In this document: in pieces, positions 18,821-26,315 of the stretch
How the letters are laid out: each line of letters opens with the position of its first letter
Position numbering within the stretch: position 1 is the first letter of the stretch
From: an uncultured bacterium
GTDB taxonomy: Bacteria > Verrucomicrobiota > Kiritimatiellia > CAIKKV01
Assembly: GCA_938038445.1 (NCBI GenBank)
Contig: CALHRZ010000019.1
Span: 40,649-104,648 of the forward strand
Length of the DNA stretch: 64,000 nt
Reading direction: 5' to 3'
The notes under the pieces: generated by a model
Databases searched by the model: none
Seen by the model: the letters and a program-made list of their open reading frames with translations, nothing else
What the model was told of the DNA's origin: nothing
Made by a program: the position numbers and the translations under genes

Positions 18821-19687
18821 ATGATCCGGGAGATTGTGGAGATCGGGTATCCGTTTTTTACCGTCCTCGCGTTTCTTTGGGGAGGGTGTCTGGGCAGTTT
18901 TCTCAACGTGTGTATTTACCGCATTCCGCGGGGCATGTCCCTCATTTCCCCTCGTTCCCACTGTCCGGCCTGTAAACAGCCGATCGCGTGGTATGACAAC
19001 ATTCCGCTGGTGAGCTGGTTGGTGCTGCGGGGGCGATGCCGGCGTTGCGGGGTGGGAATTTCGTCTCGTTATTGGGTGGTGGAACTTTTGACGGCGGTTC
19101 TTATTCTATTGGTCTGGTTCCAGTATGGGGAACCGCCTCGACCGCTTGGGCTTCAGGCGCTTGATGGGCCGCACGCGTTGGCGCATGGGCTGGCAGTTTT
19201 TGGTCTCTTATTGGGCGGGTTTGTGGATTGTCGGCACATGATTTTACCGGATCGGGTCACCTTGGGCGGGATTGTGGCCGGGCTGGTGCTCAGTCCCCTA
19301 ATCCCGTCGCTTCATGGGGAGACCGCTGCGATGAAGGGGTTTGCATGGGGGGTTGTGGGAGCGGCATTTGGTTTTTTACTGATGGAAGGGTTGGCCGTTT
19401 TGGGGCGGATGGTATTTCGGAAGGAGGCGCTTGGATTTGGCGATGTCAAACTGATGGGGGCGGTGGGTGCCTTTTTCGGGATTCGGGCGGTGTTGGCCAC
19501 CCTGTTCATGGGTTCGATGTTGGGGGCGCTGGTTGGTGTGTTTCTCATTTTGACGGGAAAGCGAAAATTGGGACGCCATATCCCGTTTGGGCCGTACCTT
19601 GTGGCTGCGGTTTTGATCTGGATGTTTTGGGGGCCGTTGTTGTGGTCCGGCTACCTACGTTGGCTGGGGCTGGAGGGGGCGATTTAA
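18821..19687 (+). CDS. pilD: prepilin (type IV leader) peptidase / N-methyltransferase, A24 family
   Basis: GSFLNVCIYRIP, the CPACKQPIAWYDNIPLVSWLVLRGRCRRCG zinc motif, GFGDVKLMGAVGAF and PFGPYL. ATG 18821; the listed ORF starts at TTG 18809, which overlaps the ilvN stop. Confidence 0.9.
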   Translation: MIREIVEIGYPFFTVLAFLWGGCLGSFLNVCIYRIPRGMSLISPRSHCPACKQPIAWYDNIPLVSWLVLRGRCRRCGVGISSRYWVVELLTAVLILLVWFQYGEPPRPLGLQALDGPHALAHGLAVFGLLLGGFVDCRHMILPDRVTLGGIVAGLVLSPLIPSLHGETAAMKGFAWGVVGAAFGFLLMEGLAVLGRMVFRKEALGFGDVKLMGAVGAFFGIRAVLATLFMGSMLGALVGVFLILTGKRKLGRHIPFGPYLVAAVLIWMFWGPLLWSGYLRWLGLEGAI

Positions 19688-21657
19688 TCTCGAAACAGAT
19701 TGCCGTCGCGGTATTGGCCCCAGGTGGTTTCGAACCACGCGTCGGAAGGGGGGACGGGTCGGCGGGGAACCCAGCGATGGCGTCGGAGGGTGCCCTGGAC
19801 CTCCGTTTCAAGAACGAACTCGCGGAATTTGGGGTTTTCCGGCGCATAGTGCCAGGCGGCGTCCAAACGGGGGTCGGCGAGCGGTCCGGTTGGATCGAGG
19901 ACGAGAGCGGAGCCACGGCTCCCCACGCCGGTAGAGACGGCGTATCGGATGGCGTCGAGAATGACGAGGTGTGCGAAGATGAGTTGGCGGGTCGTCAGTG
20001 TTTCGTACCATTCCCGCCGGCGCCCTTTAAGTCCTTGTTGTTCGATTCGTTCCCATTGGGCTTCGGCTTCGGCGACGGCCTGTTCGAGGCGAGGGAGGGA
20101 GCGGATATGAGCGCCGGCTCGGGACATTCGTTCCTGGAGTGCGTCGCGTTCCGGACCGTTTTCGGCGGAGGAGGGTTCCTTTCCTTTTTCCAGCCATTGG
20201 TTGAGTGATTGGACGGCTGTCGTGGCCGCCTGGAGGAAGTCGGCGAGGCGGAGGGAAGGTTCGCGGTAGACGTGTGCAATGCGAAGAGCGGCGCGGAGTC
20301 CTCCGACCTGGCCGGAATTGAGGGCGGACCCGCCGGGTCTCGCGACTCCGTGGGATCCGTTCACCTCGCCGATAGGGAAGAGGTGGGGGATATTGACGGA
20401 CTCCCACCAGATGGAGCCCGCGAGTCCTCCGTTGTGGTGCTGAGCGCAAACGGCGATTTCGAGAGGTTCGCGGTCGAGAAGGATGCCATGTTCGCGGTAG
20501 AGCGCGATGGCGGCGGGGTTCATATGGGCGAGGCGGGCCAAGGGTGTGGTTTGAAGGGCACCGGAGCGCTGGAGATATTCCCGTGCTTCGGCGCTCAGGG
20601 CGTCGAAAGAAAATCCGGTCGGGTCGGCGCGGAAATCGAGAAAGACACGGCGGCCACGAAGTACGGTTTCGATGTAAACCAGAATATCAATCACGGAGGA
20701 TCCGCCATTGAGTTTGCGGGAATCGAAGGGCCACTGGTAGCCTTTCAAGAAGACCAGGCTATGCAGATCCGAAGGGCGATCGAAGTATTCGAGGAGGAAT
20801 TCCCTGGGATCGCTCCGACCATCCGGTCCGGTACTGAGGAAACGGGGGATGACCTGCATGTACGTTCCGGAGACATTCCATCGGAATTGGGTGGATGCCA
20901 ATCCGAACTGGGATTCGGGAAGGTTTTGTGCGAGGGCGCCGGCCAACAGAGCGGTTCCGATGGCGCCGGTATGGCACGGGGGGTAAACGCTCGCTTTGTA
21001 GAGACCGCCGGGTCCGCCGACGGCATAGACGACATTATCGGCGGCGTAGGCTTCAAAACGGCCGGTTGCCGTGAGTGCAATAGCACCGGCGGCACGGGGC
21101 AGGCCGTCTTTTTCGGGCACCTGGACGAGGGCGACGACTCGGCGATGCTCCCGCAGGGGGATGCGGAGGGATCGTACCTCACGGATCAGGGCGCGGCACA
21201 TTTCGCGAGAGGTGTAGGGGCCGATGGAGGTTGCGCGTTGGCGAGGATCGTGATCGGTTTTATAGCCGACGTACTGGCCGTAGCGGTCGTGCGGAAAGGG
21301 GACGCCGAGATTGACGAGGTTCATGAAGCAGCGGGCGGAGCATGCGGCTTCGATGAGGGCGAGATCTCCGTGCATGCTGCCGGCCTGAAGAAATGATTCC
21401 GCCATGAGGGCGGGGGCGTCCGGTTCGGTTCCGTAAAGGCCGAGTTTGTAATACGTTTGTTTGTCGCTCCCCGTATTGATCGAAGTGCCTTGGTCGAGTC
21501 CTTCGGTCACGATGAGGATGTCCTTGATTCCGTGGCGATGCAACTGAACGGCCGCATTGAGGCCGGCCGCACCCGATCCGACGACCAGGGTGTGCATGCG
21601 AAGCAGGGGGATTTGGGAAGAACCGATCGAGAGGGTGGCATGTGACAATTTGGACAT
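19684..21657 (-). CDS. FAD-binding oxidoreductase of the succinate dehydrogenase/fumarate reductase/aspartate oxidase flavoprotein superfamily
   Basis: LVVGSGAAGLNAA dinucleotide fold, GSDKQTYYK, and AIGEVNGSHGVARPGGSALN near the C-terminal capping region. Start chosen at ATG 21657, 20 nt after the upstream SDR stop; the longer listed ORF overlaps the SDR gene by 100 nt. Confidence 0.78.
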   Translation of the reverse strand: MSKLSHATLSIGSSQIPLLRMHTLVVGSGAAGLNAAVQLHRHGIKDILIVTEGLDQGTSINTGSDKQTYYKLGLYGTEPDAPALMAESFLQAGSMHGDLALIEAACSARCFMNLVNLGVPFPHDRYGQYVGYKTDHDPRQRATSIGPYTSREMCRALIREVRSLRIPLREHRRVVALVQVPEKDGLPRAAGAIALTATGRFEAYAADNVVYAVGGPGGLYKASVYPPCHTGAIGTALLAGALAQNLPESQFGLASTQFRWNVSGTYMQVIPRFLSTGPDGRSDPREFLLEYFDRPSDLHSLVFLKGYQWPFDSRKLNGGSSVIDILVYIETVLRGRRVFLDFRADPTGFSFDALSAEAREYLQRSGALQTTPLARLAHMNPAAIALYREHGILLDREPLEIAVCAQHHNGGLAGSIWWESVNIPHLFPIGEVNGSHGVARPGGSALNSGQVGGLRAALRIAHVYREPSLRLADFLQAATTAVQSLNQWLEKGKEPSSAENGPERDALQERMSRAGAHIRSLPRLEQAVAEAEAQWERIEQQGLKGRRREWYETLTTRQLIFAHLVILDAIRYAVSTGVGSRGSALVLDPTGPLADPRLDAAWHYAPENPKFREFVLETEVQGTLRRHRWVPRRPVPPSDAWFETTWGQYRDGNLFRD

Positions 21658-21676
21658 GGCCGTCGAAGCTCCAAGT

Positions 21677-22453
21677 TTAAAGACGCGTGACATGAAATCC
21701 GCCATCCACAAAAATGATTTGGCCGGTGGAGTAGGCGAGATCACCGCGGGCAAGCATAGCGGCCGCTCGGCCGACATCTTCCGGCAGACCCCAGCGGGAC
21801 TGTATGAGAAGCCCTTCCGCGATCAGTTTGTCGTATTTTGGAGCCACGGGGGCGGTCATGTCGGTTTGGATGATTCCGGGACGGATTTCATAAACAGGGA
21901 TATCGAATTCACCGAGACGGGCAGCCCAGAGACGGGTCGCCATGGAGACACCCGCCTTGGAAATGCAATAATCGCCGCGGCTGGGAGATGCGACGGAAGC
22001 GGAGATGGAGGAAATGTTGAGAATGGCAGCCTTGAAGGCTGGATCGGCTTTTTTCTGCTCGATCATCCAGCGGGCGGCGAGTTGGGTGAGGAAATAGGGT
22101 CCTTGGAGATTGATCCGGATCAAACGCTCGAAGCTCTCTTCCGTGGCCTCCAGGATATCGGCTCGAATCTTTGGGGCAACTCCTGCGTTGTTGACGAGGA
22201 CATTCAACTGGCCGAATCGTTCGCGGATCGTGGCGATCAGCCGTTGTCGGTCGGAGGTGCTCGAGACATCGCAAGGGACATAGAGGCACTCCGCGCCGAG
22301 AGAGCGGATTGTGCGGATTGATTCAGCGGCTGCCGATTCTTCTTGGACGTCGGCGATAGCAATGGCGAATCCTTCGGCGGCGAGGGCACGGGCGATTCCG
22401 AACCCGATTCCCCGGGCGGCGCCGGTGATGCAGGCGATGCGTGGGGTGGGCAT
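21677..22453 (-). CDS. short-chain dehydrogenase/reductase (SDR)
   Basis: ITGAARGIGFGIA (TGxxxGxG), NNAG, and YCISKAG (YxxxK). ATG 22453 with AAAGGAGA upstream. Confidence 0.88.
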   Translation of the reverse strand: MPTPRIACITGAARGIGFGIARALAAEGFAIAIADVQEESAAAESIRTIRSLGAECLYVPCDVSSTSDRQRLIATIRERFGQLNVLVNNAGVAPKIRADILEATEESFERLIRINLQGPYFLTQLAARWMIEQKKADPAFKAAILNISSISASVASPSRGDYCISKAGVSMATRLWAARLGEFDIPVYEIRPGIIQTDMTAPVAPKYDKLIAEGLLIQSRWGLPEDVGRAAAMLARGDLAYSTGQIIFVDGGFHVTRL

Positions 22454-22469
22454 GATTGGTCTCCTTTGG

Positions 22470-23462
22470 TCAGGCCATGGTTTGGGCCATTGATTTTGTG
22501 ACTTGCCAGCGCAGGGGGGTGCCGGCAAGGTGGCGGTCCAGTTCTTCGATCATGAAGCGTGCCATCCGCCGACATTCGCCGCTCATGGAGCCGGCGATAT
22601 GGGGGGTGAGCGCCACGTTGGGAAGGGTATAAAGTGGGGAACCGGGTACGGGCGGTTCGGGGTAAGTTACATCGAGTACGGCAAAAATATCCGGTCGTTC
22701 TTGAAGGACCTGGATCATTTCAGTTTCCCGAACAATTGCTCCACGTGCGGTGTTGATGAACGTTGCGCCGGGTTTCATCGCACGGAAGTGGGCACCCGTG
22801 ATCATCCCTTCCGTTTCCTTGAGCCATGGGGTATGCAGCGAGATGACTTCGCATTCATGGAAGAGGCGGTCCAGCGGCTGGAGGGTAACCCCCAACCGGG
22901 CGGCATCTTTTTCCTGGACAAAGGGGTCATAAGCCAGCACGCGAAGGTCGAAGGGTCGGAGGAGTTCCACCACTCGGCGGCCGATCATGCCGAGCGAAAT
23001 GATTCCGACGGTGGTTCCGTAGGCGCCTGGGACGGGTTCCCGTGGCGGGTAACTTCCCTGGCGTTTGATGGCGAGCGCGTATTTCCATCCGTGTTTGAGT
23101 GAGAACAAGATCTGCGAGAGGGTGAACTCGGCGACGGGGATCGCGTTGGCCGCCCAGGCTGAACAAATGGGGATGGAACGCGCCCAGAACTCGGGAGTGA
23201 CGAGGCCGCGGATGGACCCTGCAGCGTAGAGGACGAGTTGGAGTCGAGGGGATGCGTTAAGAAAGGACTCGTCGAGTTTGGGTCCTCCCCATGAGGAAAT
23301 CAAGACCTCCATCCGGCTGAGGAGGTCCGGCCGTGAACGGGCGGCGTCGGGGGGCAGAGGCGGAGCAAGGAAGTGAAGGCGACGGGAAAGATCAGCTTGT
23401 TCCGCCGGGCCAAAGACGGTCTCGAAGTTGGCGGGATTGAGGATGAAGAGGGCGTTTAGCAT
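22470..23462 (-). CDS. D-isomer-specific 2-hydroxyacid dehydrogenase family protein
   Basis: GIISLGMIGRRV NAD fold, INTARGAIV, LDVTYPEP and TPHIAG. 7-nt overlap with the upstream gene. Confidence 0.88.
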   Translation of the reverse strand: MLNALFILNPANFETVFGPAEQADLSRRLHFLAPPLPPDAARSRPDLLSRMEVLISSWGGPKLDESFLNASPRLQLVLYAAGSIRGLVTPEFWARSIPICSAWAANAIPVAEFTLSQILFSLKHGWKYALAIKRQGSYPPREPVPGAYGTTVGIISLGMIGRRVVELLRPFDLRVLAYDPFVQEKDAARLGVTLQPLDRLFHECEVISLHTPWLKETEGMITGAHFRAMKPGATFINTARGAIVRETEMIQVLQERPDIFAVLDVTYPEPPVPGSPLYTLPNVALTPHIAGSMSGECRRMARFMIEELDRHLAGTPLRWQVTKSMAQTMA

Positions 23463-26086
23463 GGAGAAATCCTTTGGGAAGAAAGGAAGGCAGCGATTGC
23501 TTCGGCGGAACGGGCGCCGTCCGCGACGGCGCGAACGGCCGTGGTGCCGCCGTTTACGAGGTCGCCGCCCGCATATACTCCCGGCAGGTTGGTTGCGCCG
23601 GTTCGGGGGTTAACGGCCAAGGTTCCATCGGGATGGAATGTCAGGCGGGCGAGCGCTTTTCGTGTCAGGTTGGGGAGGGTTTGGCCGAGGGCTTCGATAG
23701 CGAGTCGGACCGGCAGCACATACTCGGTCCCCGGGATTGGCAGAGGTTTGCGGCGTCCGGAGGCATCTGGATCGCCGAGTTGGGTATGTTGCAGGCGGAT
23801 TCCGGTGAGCCGGTTTTGGGCATCGGCCTCGTAGCCGAGGGGTTGGGTCAGGATAAGGAAGTGGACGCCGAGGGATAGGGCATGGTCCCGTTCAGCAGGC
23901 CAGGCAGGCAATTCCTGGAAAGAACGGCGGTAAAGGAGGAAGACATCACGGGTCCCCTGGCGTTTGGCCTCGCAAGCGGCGTCCATGGCGGTGTTACCGC
24001 CGCCCAGCACGGCGATACGGTCGGGAAGAGGAAGCGGCCACGATGCTTTTTTGATGCGGGAAAGAAAATCGAGCGCTTCCACGACGCCTTCTGGTGCGGG
24101 GCCAAGCGTTGCGGGGGAGGGCAGACCGAGCGCGAGGAAGATTGCGTCGAAATCGTGCAAAAGCGTTTCGAGGGAGAGGTCAACACCGAGTTCGCATTTG
24201 GGATGAAAAACAGCACGTTTCTTTTCGAGGGCAGGCTGTAAGATGGCCTGCCATTCCGGATGGCCGGATGTGAGACGCTCGGAAGGAATCACGCGATCGG
24301 GGATGCCGCCGGGGTCATTGGCGCGGTCGAACAGTTCGACGGTTGCGCCGCGTTCCAGCAGACGGATTGCGCAGGCGAGACCGGCGGGGCCCGCCCCAAC
24401 AATGGCCACTCGTCCGATGGGAGGTGTGGGAGGAATTTGGACGCCGATCCATCCCTTTTGCCGGGCGATGCGGCAGACGGCTTCTTGAATTTCGCGGATT
24501 GGGACGGGACGTTGGGAGAAGATTGTTTCGACACAGCGGCCCTCGCACTGCACGTCCGAGGGGCAAACACAGGCGCAGATTTCGGGAAGAGGATTTTGCC
24601 GGCGGAGGATATCATAGGCGTCGCGCAGACGATCTTCTCGAAACGCTTTGAGAAAGGCGGGTATTTCAACAGCGGTTGGGCAACCTGTGCGGCAGGTGGG
24701 CGATTCACATTCTCGGCATCGTTGGGCTTCCTCCTTTAGAAAATCGAGAGCTCTACGGCGGGCCTTACGGTATTGGGGACCGTATATCTCGCTATCGCGG
24801 ACCACACAACCTGTTTGGCCTCCGTCGCGCATGATTTGCGTGCAGGCCGAGCAGGTAATGCAGCATTTGCCGGGATTCATGGCCCCTTTTTCGAAAATGT
24901 CTCGAACGGAGTCGGGGTAGGCGAACGCACCACGTCCCTGGCCGACAAGTGCCGCACCTTGTTCTTGGATCAAGCCGGACGCTACGTAGGGCATAAGGTG
25001 GCGGAGCCAAGAGTGTCCGGACGCGACGACAGGCGTTTGGGGAACGGCCTGTTGGATTTGGCGTGTAATGGCGGTAAAGCGGGCGATGGCTTCAAGGGGA
25101 TGTTCGTCGGGAAGCGGCATTCCCTTGATGGGGAAATCGAAGGGGCGGCCGTATTGGGGGTTATAGTAGGGATTTCCGATGGAGATGTTGAGGATCGGGG
25201 TGCCCAAGGTTTCGAGCATTCGGGCGAGCGCCTTGGGTTCGGTAAGATCCGGGATGCGGTAATCGGTTCGTGAAACGCCGAAGCCGAATGGGAAAGGGAT
25301 GGCGTCATAGGCGTTCATGCGGGTTGTGATGAAAAGGGAAGGGACGGCATCCCGGATGCGGGCAAGTGTTTCCCGCAGGAATCGGGTCCGATTTTCAAAA
25401 GAACCGCCATAGCGGCCTTCTCGAGTATGGGATGCAAGGAGTTCCGAGACCAGGTAACGATGGCAGCTTTTGATGTCTACCCCGTCAAATCCGGCTTTTG
25501 CGGCAAGGCGAGCGGCCTCGATGAACGTTTCCTGAAGGCGGTCAAGATCGTCGTCGGAGAGGAGGGGGTAATCGGGTGGAAGGTTATGTTGGGGGTCCAG
25601 AATGGGGCTGTGATGGACGATGAGGGGTGCGGGGACACCGTCGGGTTTACTGTAGCGGCCGGAGTGCGTGAGTTGGAGGATGAGCAGGGGAGGGCGTCCG
25701 AACTGTTCGCATGCCACGCGGCGGGTTTCTTCTGTGAGCTGTCGGAATTGGTCCACGTTGCCGGCGTGAATCCACAGTTGGCGCGGATTGGAGCGGGCTT
25801 CGCGTAGGACGGCGGTTGCCTCGAACCAGAGGAGGCCTGAGCCGCCGGCGGCATACCGTTTATAGCGGCGGAAGGTAAGGGGGCCAGGACCGCCGTCTGG
25901 GGCGGCATCGAATCCTTCCATGGGCTGAACGGCAAAACGGTTGGGGATAATGGACTCTGTACGAAGAGGAAGGGGGGCGGCAAGAATAGAAAGGTCGTGG
26001 GAGATGGGCAGAGAAATTCCCAGCCGTTGGAGGGCGGCTGCGAGGTCTTCGGTTGTTCGGAGGTGGAATCGTTCGTGGGGTGCCAT
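23456..26086 (-). CDS. fusion flavoprotein: OYE/2,4-dienoyl-CoA-reductase-like TIM barrel + 4Fe-4S + GltD/PreT-like FAD/NAD(P) oxidoreductase
   Basis: The N-terminal half has NADH:flavin oxidoreductase motifs (FDGVDIKSCHRYLVSELL, and CCITCSACTQIMRDGGQTGC for the cluster). The C-terminal half has CRECESPTCRTGCP...CACVCPSDVQCEGRC and two Rossmann folds (IVGAGPAGLACA, VLGGGNTAMDAA). Confidence 0.85.
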   Translation of the reverse strand: MAPHERFHLRTTEDLAAALQRLGISLPISHDLSILAAPLPLRTESIIPNRFAVQPMEGFDAAPDGGPGPLTFRRYKRYAAGGSGLLWFEATAVLREARSNPRQLWIHAGNVDQFRQLTEETRRVACEQFGRPPLLILQLTHSGRYSKPDGVPAPLIVHHSPILDPQHNLPPDYPLLSDDDLDRLQETFIEAARLAAKAGFDGVDIKSCHRYLVSELLASHTREGRYGGSFENRTRFLRETLARIRDAVPSLFITTRMNAYDAIPFPFGFGVSRTDYRIPDLTEPKALARMLETLGTPILNISIGNPYYNPQYGRPFDFPIKGMPLPDEHPLEAIARFTAITRQIQQAVPQTPVVASGHSWLRHLMPYVASGLIQEQGAALVGQGRGAFAYPDSVRDIFEKGAMNPGKCCITCSACTQIMRDGGQTGCVVRDSEIYGPQYRKARRRALDFLKEEAQRCRECESPTCRTGCPTAVEIPAFLKAFREDRLRDAYDILRRQNPLPEICACVCPSDVQCEGRCVETIFSQRPVPIREIQEAVCRIARQKGWIGVQIPPTPPIGRVAIVGAGPAGLACAIRLLERGATVELFDRANDPGGIPDRVIPSERLTSGHPEWQAILQPALEKKRAVFHPKCELGVDLSLETLLHDFDAIFLALGLPSPATLGPAPEGVVEALDFLSRIKKASWPLPLPDRIAVLGGGNTAMDAACEAKRQGTRDVFLLYRRSFQELPAWPAERDHALSLGVHFLILTQPLGYEADAQNRLTGIRLQHTQLGDPDASGRRKPLPIPGTEYVLPVRLAIEALGQTLPNLTRKALARLTFHPDGTLAVNPRTGATNLPGVYAGGDLVNGGTTAVRAVADGARSAEAIAAFLSSQRISPC

Positions 26087-26221
26087 AACGGTATTTCCGA
26101 GAGCGGTTTAAGATATCAAAATCCAGGACATCGCCCAAGCAAAAGTTGCTTTTTTGCCCTTGCGCCAAATCACAATTCAGCAAAAGACAGTGCCTTTCAA
26201 GCAGTACGTTGAAAAACGCAA

Positions 26222-26246
26222 AATGTTGAATGTTGAGGTCTGACCC
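26222..26246. repeat. 25-nt motif AATGTTGAATGTTGAGGTCTGACCC, copy 1
   Basis: Identical to 51335-51359. Contains the tandem heptamer AATGTTG x2 and the palindrome GGTCTGACC. It lies in the divergent intergenic region, 70 nt upstream of the 26316 gene. Confidence 0.6.
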
Positions 26247-26315
26247 CGATGAGGGGGATATCCAGGAGGGATGAAGAAATAGGTTGAGGATTGGGAGGGT
26301 TTGAGGTAAGGAACC

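Noticed and set aside
20209-21396. 395-aa plus-strand ORF inside the FAD-oxidoreductase gene, and 25860..26867 (335 aa, minus strand) spanning the 26.1-26.3 kb intergenic region
   Set aside because: The first is antisense to a gene with a clear FAD fold. The second overlaps the OYE-fusion start, crosses the spacer and runs antisense into the DUF4838-like gene, giving an Arg/Pro/Ser-rich product. Neither has an RBS or a domain.
26143-26165. Small hairpin AGCAA-AAG-TTGCT followed by TTTTTG in the 26.1-kb divergent spacer
   Set aside because: The 5-bp stem is too weak for a terminator or attenuator call, and no leader ORF or alternative pairing is evident.
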